Below are positions 28,732 to 37,490 of a stretch of DNA of 64,000 nt, in pieces. How positions within the stretch are numbered: the first letter of the stretch is position 1; each line of letters starts with the position of its first letter. The stretch comes from an uncultured archaeon (lineage in GTDB: Archaea; Iainarchaeota; Iainarchaeia; Iainarchaeales; 1-14-0-10-31-34): contig CAZSOZ010000003.1 of assembly GCA_964608675.1 (NCBI GenBank), forward strand, positions 32,001-96,000. The letters run 5' to 3'. The translations under genes were made by a program, and so were the position numbers. The notes beneath the pieces were generated by a model, which saw only the letters and a list, made by a program, of their open reading frames with translations, was not told the origin of the DNA and ran no database searches.

Positions 28732-29577
28732 TTAAATTATTCCTTTCCATTTATTTTTTGCTTTTTCGTATCTTTCTATGGTGTCTGTGGGAAACCATTG
28801 CCCGTTGTAAACATATCCGTATAATTTTCCTTCTTCGCTTAATTTTGGAAAAACTGCTTCTTCAATTAAAGAGTATCCTTTTGGAAGCATGTCAATTACT
28901 TCGGGTTTTAGAATATATGTCCCTGAATTAATTAAATTTGATTCTGGTTTAACTGGTTTTTCTATGAATCTTTTTATTTGGTTTCCTTGCAATTCAATTA
29001 CTCCAAAGTTTTTGGGGTCTTTAACTGAAGTTAATGCAATTGTTGCATATGCATTATTTTTTTTGTGGAATGTGTGCATGTCATTCAGGTTAATGTTTGT
29101 TAGGTTGTCTCCGTTGAACATAAGAAATTCGTCAAGAAGCAAATTTTTTGCAAGCCTTAACGGCCCGCCTGTTCCTAATGGTTTTTTTTCTATAACGTAT
29201 TCAATGTTCATATCCCATTTTTCTCCTGTTCCAAAGTATTCTTTGATTTGTTCTGCTTTATATCCTAAAGCCATAACTGCGTTTTTTACATGATATTTTG
29301 AAAGCAGTTCAATTACGTATTCTAAAATAGGTTTTCCTTTTATTCCAATCATTGGTTTTGGCGTATTGTTTGTCAAAGGCCTTAATCTTGTTCCTTTTCC
29401 TCCTGCTAGAATAAATGCTGTTGACAAATCAGCGCTTTGAATTGCTTTTCTTACAAGATATTCGACTGCATGGCTTCGGTTTCTGATTTTTTGTCCGTCA
29501 ATTTTTTTGTCTATTGCGTTTAGAACTCCGGAATCAATATTAATAGTAACCCTTTCCTTTTCATTTTTTTTGTTCAT
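28732..29577 (-). CDS. NikR/CopG-type ribbon-helix-helix fused to an intact sugar-phosphate nucleotidyltransferase
   Basis: ERVTINID...IRNRSHAVEYLV RHH, then LAGGKGTRLRPLT..PKPM, LGTGG, NGD, FIEKP. Confidence 0.9.
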   Translation of the reverse strand: MNKKNEKERVTINIDSGVLNAIDKKIDGQKIRNRSHAVEYLVRKAIQSADLSTAFILAGGKGTRLRPLTNNTPKPMIGIKGKPILEYVIELLSKYHVKNAVMALGYKAEQIKEYFGTGEKWDMNIEYVIEKKPLGTGGPLRLAKNLLLDEFLMFNGDNLTNINLNDMHTFHKKNNAYATIALTSVKDPKNFGVIELQGNQIKRFIEKPVKPESNLINSGTYILKPEVIDMLPKGYSLIEEAVFPKLSEEGKLYGYVYNGQWFPTDTIERYEKAKNKWKGII

Positions 29578-29598
29578 AATTTTTCATATTATTTATGA
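29574..29598. promoter_or_regulatory. Candidate RHH operator TCATA-N5-TCATA-N5-TATGA (copy 1)
   Basis: Half-sites at 29574, 29584 and 29594. Same architecture as 31265-31289. Confidence 0.65.
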
Positions 29599-29652
29599 TT
29601 ACATTCCTTTTAAAAATTAACCGTTGTTTTATTTTTTTTAGGTTTTTTTTGC

Positions 29653-30465
29653 ATGCTTGGAATAAGTTCTAGTTATTTTGCTTCAAGGGGTTTTTCTGTT
29701 TATGATTCAGTTCAGCAGGCGTATTCTTTGGGTTTTAAGGCAATTGAATTAGGTGCAGCGCATTCTTTTGAAGAAAATTTAAATGAAACAATCCAAAAAA
29801 TTCATGACGATTTTGATGTGTTTTTTACTTTGCATGGATTGTTTCCCCCAAGAAAAGAAAAAGTCTGGTTTAATCCTTCTTTGGGTTTAACTCAAACAAA
29901 TAAAGAAATTATTGATTCTTTTTTTGTTTTTGCTGAACTGGCCGGCGCAAAACTTATTGGCTTTCATCCAGGTTTTTTGTTTGAAGTTTCTTATGTTGAA
30001 AAACAGGGTTTTGGGGAAACCAAAAATTTAAGGCCTTTGGAAAAAACTGTTTCCTGGAATAATTTGTTTGATGTAATGAATTATTTTAAAGAAAAAAACA
30101 GCAATAAATTTTTTCTTGCAATTGAAAATATTACTTCAACTGAAGAAAAAGCTTTGGTTTACGGAAAAAATTTTGAGAAAGTTTTCAGTAAATTTCCTTT
30201 TTTTGGTTTGCTTTTTGATTTAGGGCATTCTATTACAGACAAAACTTATTCTGATTTAATGGAATTCAAAGACAAAATACAGGAAATTCATTTGCATAAA
30301 CCTGAAGGAAAAAAAATCCATCTGCCTGTTTCTGAAAAAGACCTTGAACTGCTTAAGCCAATAAAGCAAATCAATTCAATTCCTGTTATAATTGAGCATT
30401 TTAAGGGAATAACAGAAAAACAAATCCTTGAAGAAAAAGAATTGTTTGAATCTTTTTTTGGTTAA
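29653..30465 (+). CDS. Xylose-isomerase-like / AP endonuclease 2 TIM-barrel (sugar phosphate isomerase/epimerase)
   Basis: LHG, GFHPG, IENI, FDLGHS, EIHLH and IIEH metal-binding motifs. Confidence 0.8.
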   Translation: MLGISSSYFASRGFSVYDSVQQAYSLGFKAIELGAAHSFEENLNETIQKIHDDFDVFFTLHGLFPPRKEKVWFNPSLGLTQTNKEIIDSFFVFAELAGAKLIGFHPGFLFEVSYVEKQGFGETKNLRPLEKTVSWNNLFDVMNYFKEKNSNKFFLAIENITSTEEKALVYGKNFEKVFSKFPFFGLLFDLGHSITDKTYSDLMEFKDKIQEIHLHKPEGKKIHLPVSEKDLELLKPIKQINSIPVIIEHFKGITEKQILEEKELFESFFG

Positions 30466-31268
30466 ATCATTTTTTTGGCTTTTTCGTAGTCTTTTTTTGT
30501 GTTAATGTTTAAGTAGATTCCTTGGAAAGGGTATCCTGTTAGAAGTCCTTTTTTTGCAAGTTTTGGGAATAAGTCGTTTGAAATGCTTTTCATGTTTCTT
30601 GAAATGTATTTGAATATTTCAGGTTCAAAAATATAGTAGCCTGCATTAATCAGATAACTTGAAGCTTCTGTTTTTGGTTTTTCTTTGAATTCAGTTATTT
30701 TTTTTCCTTGTAATACTGCTACTCCGTAATCTTTTGGGTTGTTTACGGTTGTTAATGCAATTGTTGCAGTTGATTTGTTTGCCTGATGAAATGAAAGCAT
30801 TTCATTTAAATTAAGACTGCATAATGTGTCTCCGTTTGCCACCAGAAAAGTGTCTTTTAGCTGGTTTTTCATTCTCAGCAAAGGCTCTATTGTTCCTGAT
30901 GCTTTTTCTAATTCAAGAAATTCTGCATCAATCTTTTTTTGGTTTATTTCTTGAATTATTTCTTCTTTTTCTGCATCCATGCTGACAGTAATTTTTCCTG
31001 CATTGAATTCCTGTAAATAGTTTATTACTCTTTCAATTAATGTTTTATTATTTAATTCCAGAAGAAACCTGCTTTTTTTTCCTGTTCCTTTAATGAAATC
31101 TTTTCCTCCTGCTAAAACAATTGAATTTTTTATTTTGTAGTCTGAAAGTGTTTTGGATAAAAGGTATTCTACTGCCTGGCTTCTGCTTCTGATGCTTAAT
31201 CCGTCCACTATTCTGTCTACCTGCTTTAATATATCGTCTTTTATTGTAATTGTAATTCGTTCTCTCAT
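30462..31268 (-). CDS. Ribbon-helix-helix fused to a degenerate nucleotidyltransferase (probable pseudoenzyme regulator)
   Basis: ERITITIK...IRSRSQAVEYLL RHH. LAGGKDFIKGTGKKSRFL replaces GGxGTR..PK; NGD and EKP are retained. Confidence 0.85.
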   Translation of the reverse strand: MRERITITIKDDILKQVDRIVDGLSIRSRSQAVEYLLSKTLSDYKIKNSIVLAGGKDFIKGTGKKSRFLLELNNKTLIERVINYLQEFNAGKITVSMDAEKEEIIQEINQKKIDAEFLELEKASGTIEPLLRMKNQLKDTFLVANGDTLCSLNLNEMLSFHQANKSTATIALTTVNNPKDYGVAVLQGKKITEFKEKPKTEASSYLINAGYYIFEPEIFKYISRNMKSISNDLFPKLAKKGLLTGYPFQGIYLNINTKKDYEKAKKMI

Positions 31269-31289
31269 ACTTTCTCATACTATGTATGA
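31265..31289. promoter_or_regulatory. Candidate RHH operator TCATA-N5-TCATA-N5-TATGA (copy 2)
   Basis: CTCATAC direct repeat plus CTCATAC-tat-GTATGAG inverted repeat over the start codon. Confidence 0.7.
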
Positions 31290-31359
31290 GTCATTCTTAT
31301 TTTAAAATCTTTTTATGCCATTTTACTTTATTGTTTATTTTTTTTGGGAAGTGATTTTT

Positions 31360-32625
31360 TTGAAGATTTCTGTTATTGGAACAGGTTATGTTGGACTAAT
31401 TTCAGGCACAGGTCTTGCTTTGAATGGCCATCAAATTGTCTGTATTGACAGCAATAAAGAAAAAGTTGATTTAATTAACAGTAAAGTTCCTCCTATTTTT
31501 GAAAAAGGCCTTAAGGAAGCCTTGAATAAAATTGTTCCTGACAGGCTTTCTGCTTCATCTGATTTAAAAAAAGCTGTTTTGGATTCTGATGTTTCTTTTG
31601 TTTGTGTTGGAACTCCGTGCAGTAAAGAAGGAAAATGCGATTTGACTGCAGTTGAATCTGTTGTAAAGGAAATTGCTTTGGCTTTAAAGGAAAAGACTTC
31701 TTTTCATACAATTGTAATTAAGAGCACTGTTGTTCCTTCCACTACTGAAAAACTTGTTTTGCCTTTGCTTGAAGAATTTTCAGGAAAAAAGCTGGGAGAG
31801 TTTGGCTTGTGTATGAATCCTGAAACTTTAAGGGAAGGTTTTGCTTTAGAGGATTTTTTGAATCCTGACAGAATTATTCTTGGAATTCAGGATGATAAAA
31901 CCAGAAAAGCAATGAAGGAAGTTTATTCTTCTTTTTCTTCTCCTAAATTTTTTTGCGGTTTTTCTGAAGCTGAAATGATTAAATATGCTTCCAATTCCTT
32001 GCTTGCAGCAAAAATTTCTTTTATTAATGAAATCGGAAACATCTGCAAGAAACTTGAAATAAATACTTATACTGTTGCTGAAGGAGTTGGATTAGACAAA
32101 AGGATTTCCCCTCATTTTTTGAATGCAGGAATAGGTTTTGGCGGAAGCTGTTTTCCTAAAGATGTTTCTGCTTTGATTGCAAAAGGAAATGAACTTAATA
32201 TTGAAACTTTTTTGTTGGATTCTGTAATGAAAGTGAATGATTTTCAGCCTAAAATTTTTTTGGATTTAATTAAATCTAAAACAGAATTAAAAGAAAAAAA
32301 AGTTGGTGTTTTGGGGCTTGCGTTTAAGGCAGGAACTGATGATATAAGGGAAAGTCGTTCTATTCCTGTAATTAAAATGCTTTTGGATGAAGAAGCAGAA
32401 ATTCTGGCTTTTGATCCTCAGGCTGAAGAAAACATGAAAAAAGAGTTTCCTGAAATTTCTTATTTTGATTCTGCTCAAAAAACAGTTGATGAAAGCGATT
32501 TAGTTTTGATTTTAACTGAATGGAGCGAATTTTCTTTTCTTGAATTTAAAAACAAGCCGGTTTTTGATGCAAGAAACATTTTTAAGAATAATAAACCCAA
32601 AAACTATGAAGGGCTGTCTTGGTGA
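31360..32625 (+). CDS. ugd: UDP-glucose 6-dehydrogenase
   Basis: GTGYVG, VGTP, KSTV, NPETLREG, GFGGSCFPKD, DDIRES. TTG start at 31360. Confidence 0.93.
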   Translation: MKISVIGTGYVGLISGTGLALNGHQIVCIDSNKEKVDLINSKVPPIFEKGLKEALNKIVPDRLSASSDLKKAVLDSDVSFVCVGTPCSKEGKCDLTAVESVVKEIALALKEKTSFHTIVIKSTVVPSTTEKLVLPLLEEFSGKKLGEFGLCMNPETLREGFALEDFLNPDRIILGIQDDKTRKAMKEVYSSFSSPKFFCGFSEAEMIKYASNSLLAAKISFINEIGNICKKLEINTYTVAEGVGLDKRISPHFLNAGIGFGGSCFPKDVSALIAKGNELNIETFLLDSVMKVNDFQPKIFLDLIKSKTELKEKKVGVLGLAFKAGTDDIRESRSIPVIKMLLDEEAEILAFDPQAEENMKKEFPEISYFDSAQKTVDESDLVLILTEWSEFSFLEFKNKPVFDARNIFKNNKPKNYEGLSW

Positions 32626-32632
32626 TGTTTGA

Positions 32633-33517
32633 ATGAGTGAAGAAATTAAACCTGTAAAAAAAGCTGTTATTCCTGCTGCAGGGCTTGGAACAAGGTTTCT
32701 GCCTGCAAGCAAGGCTGTTCCAAAGGAAATGTTTCCTGTTGTTGACAAGCCTGCAATCCAGTATATTATTGAAGAAGCAGTTGATTCAGGAATAGAAGAC
32801 ATTATTATTGTGACAGGAAAAGACAAAACTGCTATTGAAGATCATTTTGACAGAGTTCCTGAATTGTATTCAAAGCTTGAAGAAAAAGGAAAGAAAGACT
32901 GGCTTTTAATGCTTGAAAAAATTGATGGTTTGGCTGACATTCATTTTATCCGTCAGAAAGAGCCTTTGGGTTTGGGTCATGCAGTTTTGTGTGCCAAAAA
33001 ACATATTGGAAACGAGCCTTTTGCTGTGCTTCTTGGAGACGATTTAATTTTGTCTGATAAACCTGCTTTAAAGAAATTAATTAATATTTATGAAAAAAAT
33101 GATTCTTCTGTTTTGTGTGTTCAAAATGTTCCCAAAAAAGAAATTCCTTTGTATGGAGTAATTAAATACAAAAAAGTTAACGGACAAATTGTTGTTGAAA
33201 ACATGGTTGAAAAACCTCCTATAAGCAAGGCTCCTTCAAGTCTGGCTATTGTTGGAAGATATTTATTGAAGCCTGAAATTTTTGGGATTCTTGAAGAAAT
33301 TCCTTTTGGCAAAGGAAAGGAACTTCAGTTAACTGATGCTTTAAGGATTTTGAATGAAATTGACAAACTAATGGCTTATGAAATTGATGACGGAAAATGG
33401 CTTACTGTTGGAGACAAAACAAGTTATTTGAAGGCCAACTTAGAGTTTGCTTTAAAGAGAGCTGAAATGAGAAAGGACATTCTTTTGTTTATTAAGGAAA
33501 TAAACAAGAGAGTTTAA
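32633..33517 (+). CDS. galU: UTP-glucose-1-phosphate uridylyltransferase
   Basis: AAGLGTRFLPASKAVPKEM, RQKEPLGLGHAV, LLGDD, ELQLTDA. Confidence 0.95.
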   Translation: MSEEIKPVKKAVIPAAGLGTRFLPASKAVPKEMFPVVDKPAIQYIIEEAVDSGIEDIIIVTGKDKTAIEDHFDRVPELYSKLEEKGKKDWLLMLEKIDGLADIHFIRQKEPLGLGHAVLCAKKHIGNEPFAVLLGDDLILSDKPALKKLINIYEKNDSSVLCVQNVPKKEIPLYGVIKYKKVNGQIVVENMVEKPPISKAPSSLAIVGRYLLKPEIFGILEEIPFGKGKELQLTDALRILNEIDKLMAYEIDDGKWLTVGDKTSYLKANLEFALKRAEMRKDILLFIKEINKRV

Positions 33518-33532
33518 TTAAGGTTTTTTTTT

Positions 33533-34465
33533 ATGATTAAAGTTTTGGTTTCCGGTGGAGCAGGTTTTATTGGAAGCCATTTATGTGACAAATTAATTGA
33601 AGAAAAAAAAGAAGTTTTTTGTATTGACAGTCTTGTTTCAGGAACAAAAAAAAACATTCAGCATTTAATGAAAAACAGTAATTTTCATTTTTTAGAACAA
33701 GATGTAAACAAACTTGTTTTTGAAGAAAAAGTTAATGAAGTTTTTCATTTGGCTTCTTTGGCTTCTCCTGCTGACTATTTTTCTAAGCCAATTGACACAA
33801 TGCTTGTGGGTTCAATTGGAACAAAAAATTTGTTGGATTTGGCTTTGAAGAACAAAGCAAAATTTTTGTTTACTTCTACTTCTGAAGTTTACGGAGATCC
33901 TTTGGTTCATCCTCAAAAAGAATCTTATTGGGGGAACGTTAATCCGATTGGAAAGCGTTCTTGTTATGATGAATCAAAGCGTTTTTCTGAAGCTTTAATT
34001 AAGGCTTTTGAAAGAGAATTTGAATTCAAGGGAAAAATTGTAAGAATTTTTAATACTTACGGCTCAAGAATGAGAATAAACGATGGAAGAATTGTCCCTA
34101 ATTTTATTAATCAGGCTTTAAACAATAAGCCTTTGACTGTTTATGGTTCAGGAAAGCAGACAAGAAGTTTTTGTTTTGTTTCTGACATGATTGACGGAAT
34201 AATTAAAATGATGAATTCTAATTTAACTGGTCCAATTAATCTTGGAAACCCTGAAGAGTATTCTGTTTTGGAGTTTGCAGAAAAAATTAAGAAAGCAAGC
34301 GGAAAAGAACTTGAAATAAAATTTTTGTCTGCTTTGGAGGATGACCCTAAACAAAGAAAACCTGATATTTCTCTTGCAAGAAAAAAACTTAATTGGAATC
34401 CTGAATTTTCTTTGGATGAAGGATTAAAAATTACTTTGGATTATTTCCGTAAGGCTAATCTTTAA
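33533..34465 (+). CDS. UDP-glucuronate decarboxylase (UDP-xylose synthase)
   Basis: HLASLASP, STSEVYGDP..HPQ.E.YWGNVNPIG.RSCYDE.KR, RIFNTYG, DDPKQRKPDI. Confidence 0.92.
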   Translation: MIKVLVSGGAGFIGSHLCDKLIEEKKEVFCIDSLVSGTKKNIQHLMKNSNFHFLEQDVNKLVFEEKVNEVFHLASLASPADYFSKPIDTMLVGSIGTKNLLDLALKNKAKFLFTSTSEVYGDPLVHPQKESYWGNVNPIGKRSCYDESKRFSEALIKAFEREFEFKGKIVRIFNTYGSRMRINDGRIVPNFINQALNNKPLTVYGSGKQTRSFCFVSDMIDGIIKMMNSNLTGPINLGNPEEYSVLEFAEKIKKASGKELEIKFLSALEDDPKQRKPDISLARKKLNWNPEFSLDEGLKITLDYFRKANL

Positions 34466-34498
34466 TTGTGTTTTGTTAATTATTTTTATTGATTAAAA

Positions 34499-34963
34499 AT
34501 GATTGAAGGAATTAAAATAAAAAAATTAAAGAGAATTGATGACGAAAGAGGTTATTTAATGGAAATTTTAAGGAATGATGACGAAATTTTTGAGGAATTT
34601 GGTCAGGCTTACATTACTTGTGTTAAGCCTGATTACGTTAAAGGCTGGCATATGCATGAACATCAGACAGACCATTTTGTGTGTGTTAAAGGAAACGCAA
34701 GAGTTGTTTTGTGCGATAAAAGAGAAAACTCAAAAACTTTTAATGAAGTAAATGAATTCATTTTAGGAGAAAAAGAAGAAAACAGAATTTTATTAAAGAT
34801 TCCAAAAAAAGTAATGCATGGCTTTGAGTCTGCTGACAGCAAAGAAGCTTTGATTTTAAATTTTCCAACCAAAACATATAATTATGATGACCCTGATGAA
34901 ATAAGGCTTCCTTTTAATTCAAAAGAAATTGATTTTGAATGGAAAGCAAAAAAAGGCGGTTGA
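34499..34963 (+). CDS. rmlC: dTDP-4-dehydrorhamnose 3,5-epimerase (cupin)
   Basis: DERG, KGWHMH, HGF motifs. Precedes rmlB. Confidence 0.85.
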   Translation: MIEGIKIKKLKRIDDERGYLMEILRNDDEIFEEFGQAYITCVKPDYVKGWHMHEHQTDHFVCVKGNARVVLCDKRENSKTFNEVNEFILGEKEENRILLKIPKKVMHGFESADSKEALILNFPTKTYNYDDPDEIRLPFNSKEIDFEWKAKKGG

Positions 34964-35920
34964 ATGAATTTACTTGTAACAGGCGGAGCAGGATTCATTG
35001 GAAGCAATTTCATTAAACGCTTTATTGAATTTTATCCTGAAGCAAGAATAGTTAATTTAGATAAATTAACTTATGCCGGCAGGCTTGAAAACTTAAAAGA
35101 ACTTGAAGGCAACAAAAATTACAAGTTCATTAAAGGAGACATTTGCAATAAAAAAACAGTTCAAAAAGCAGTTAAAGGAATTGATATAATAATTAATTTT
35201 GCTGCTGAATCTCATGTTGACCGTTCAATTGTTTCTCCTGAAGACTTCATTAAAACAGATGTTTTTGGAACTTTTGTTTTATTAGAGGAAGCAAGAAAAA
35301 ATGATTTGCAGGTAATTCAGATTTCAACAGATGAAGTTTATGGAAGCATCGAAAACGGTTTTTTTACTGAAGAAAGCCCTTTAATGCCTTCTTCTCCTTA
35401 TTCTGCTTCCAAGGCTGGAGCAGACAGACTGTGTTTTTCTTATTTCAAAACTTATGGTTTGAATGTAAAAATAACCCGTTCTTCCAATAATTTTGGTTCA
35501 AACCAGTTTCCAGAAAAATTAATTCCTTTATTTATTACAAACCTTTTGGAAGAAAAAAAAGTTCCGGTGTATGGAGACGGAAAAAATGTAAGGGACTGGA
35601 TTTTTGTTAAAGACAACTGTGATGCAATAATTAAAGTAATGAATAAAGGAGAAAAAGGGGAAACTTATAATATTGGGGGCGAAAACGAAAAAACTAATTT
35701 AGAAATAACTGAATTCATTTTAAATGAATTAGGAAAAGGAAATGAATTCATTGAATTTGTTGAAGACAGAAAAGGACATGATTTAAGGTATGCTTTGGAT
35801 TGCACTAAAATAAAAAAACTTGGCTTTAAGCCAAATCATTCTTTTGATGATGCGTTAAAGGAAACAATTAATTGGTATAAAAATAATTTTTGGTGGTGGA
35901 AGCCATTAAAGAAAAACTGA
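34964..35920 (+). CDS. rmlB: dTDP-glucose 4,6-dehydratase
   Basis: DKLTYAG, AAESHVDRS, STDEVYG, YSASK, RKGHDLRY. Confidence 0.96.
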   Translation: MNLLVTGGAGFIGSNFIKRFIEFYPEARIVNLDKLTYAGRLENLKELEGNKNYKFIKGDICNKKTVQKAVKGIDIIINFAAESHVDRSIVSPEDFIKTDVFGTFVLLEEARKNDLQVIQISTDEVYGSIENGFFTEESPLMPSSPYSASKAGADRLCFSYFKTYGLNVKITRSSNNFGSNQFPEKLIPLFITNLLEEKKVPVYGDGKNVRDWIFVKDNCDAIIKVMNKGEKGETYNIGGENEKTNLEITEFILNELGKGNEFIEFVEDRKGHDLRYALDCTKIKKLGFKPNHSFDDALKETINWYKNNFWWWKPLKKN

Positions 35921-36771
35921 TTTTTTTAATCGGCAAAGGTTTTCTTGGAACAAAAATTGTTTCTGTTTTCAAAGAAAAAGGAATCAAAGTTATTACTGCA
36001 GGCCTTGAAGAAAAAAATGATTATTCTTTGGATATAACTGACGAACAATCTTTGATTTATTTGTTTAAAGACTTGAATCCTGATATTGTTTTGTTGCCTG
36101 CTGGAATAACAAATGTTGACTATTGTGAAGCAGAACAAGAAAAAGCAATAGAAGTCAATATTGAGGGAACAAGAAATGTTGTTGATGCATGCCGTGCTTT
36201 TAATTCAAAATTAGTTTTTTTTTCAACTGATTATGTTTTTGACGGAAAAAAAGGAAATTACACAGAAAAAAACAAAGTTAATCCAATTAATTTTTACGGC
36301 AAAACAAAAGTTAAAGGAGAACAGTTTGTTAAAGGATTAGAAGATTATTTGATTGCAAGAGTTTCTGCTTTATATGGCTTTAATTCAAATAAAGACAAAA
36401 ACACTTTTGTAAGATATGCAGTTAATGAATTAAAGCAGGGAAACCAAATTACTGCAGTTAAATTAATTAACTGCCCTACTTTAATTGATGATGTTGCTGA
36501 AGCAGTTTTTTTTATGCTTGAAAAAAATTTTTCTGGATTATTTCATGTTGCAGGATGTGATTCTTGCTCCAAATATGATTTGCTTAAAAAAATCTGCAAG
36601 GTTTACGGTTTTGATTCATGCCAAATAAAAGAAGTTTTGTCGATTCCTAAATGGAAAGCTCAAAGGCCTGAAAACACTTCTCTTGATACAACTAAAATTC
36701 AACTGCAAGGAATTAAAATGAGTTCGGTGGAAGAAGGTTTATTGAAAATGAAGGAGCAAATGAAATTATGA
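35893..36771 (+). CDS. rmlD: dTDP-4-dehydrorhamnose reductase
   Basis: TNVDYCE, STDYVFDG, YGKTK, RPENTSLD. Start (GTG) is approximate. Confidence 0.9.
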   Translation: MVEAIKEKLIFLIGKGFLGTKIVSVFKEKGIKVITAGLEEKNDYSLDITDEQSLIYLFKDLNPDIVLLPAGITNVDYCEAEQEKAIEVNIEGTRNVVDACRAFNSKLVFFSTDYVFDGKKGNYTEKNKVNPINFYGKTKVKGEQFVKGLEDYLIARVSALYGFNSNKDKNTFVRYAVNELKQGNQITAVKLINCPTLIDDVAEAVFFMLEKNFSGLFHVAGCDSCSKYDLLKKICKVYGFDSCQIKEVLSIPKWKAQRPENTSLDTTKIQLQGIKMSSVEEGLLKMKEQMKL

Positions 36772-37490
36772 AAGGAGTAATTCTTGCTGGAGGAACCGGT
36801 TCAAGGCTTTTTCCTTTAACTAAAATTACAAACAAGCATTTGCTTCCAGTTTATAGTAAACCTATGATTTATTTTCCTATTGAAACTTTGCTTGATGCAG
36901 GAATAAAAGATATTTTGATTGTTTCAGGAAAAGAGCATGCAGGAGATTTTTTGAAGCTTTTGGGTTCAGGGAAAGAATTTAATGCAAGATTTACTTATGA
37001 AGTGCAGGAGGAAGCCGGAGGAATAGCCCAAGCATTGTCTTTGGCTGAAGATTTTGCTGACAAAGAAAAAATTGTTGTTGTTTTAGGAGACAACATTATT
37101 GAAGATTCAATAAAGGAACAAGCAAAAGAATTCCAGAAAACTGATTCTGCTTTCATTTTTTTAAAAGAAGTCTCTGATGCACAAAGATTTGGTGTTCCTG
37201 AATTAAATGGAAAAAAAGTTCTTTCAATTGAAGAAAAACCCAAAAAACCTAAGAGCAGTTTTGCTGTCACAGGAATTTACATGTATCCTCCTGAAGTGTT
37301 TAAAGTAATCAAAAATTTGAAGCCGTCTGCAAGAGGAGAATTTGAAATAACTGATGTAAATAATTATTTTATTAGGAAAGGAAAACTTAAAGCAAATTTT
37401 TTGCAGGGTTTTTGGACTGATGCAGGAACATTTGAATCCCTGTTTCGTGCAACAAAACTAGTTAAAGAAAAACTTCATAACTCTGAGTAA
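36768..37490 (+). CDS. rmlA: Glucose-1-phosphate thymidylyltransferase (short form)
   Basis: LAGGTGSRLFPLT..NKHLLPVY.KPMI, LGDN, SARGEFEITD, WTDAGT. Confidence 0.93.
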   Translation: MKGVILAGGTGSRLFPLTKITNKHLLPVYSKPMIYFPIETLLDAGIKDILIVSGKEHAGDFLKLLGSGKEFNARFTYEVQEEAGGIAQALSLAEDFADKEKIVVVLGDNIIEDSIKEQAKEFQKTDSAFIFLKEVSDAQRFGVPELNGKKVLSIEEKPKKPKSSFAVTGIYMYPPEVFKVIKNLKPSARGEFEITDVNNYFIRKGKLKANFLQGFWTDAGTFESLFRATKLVKEKLHNSE

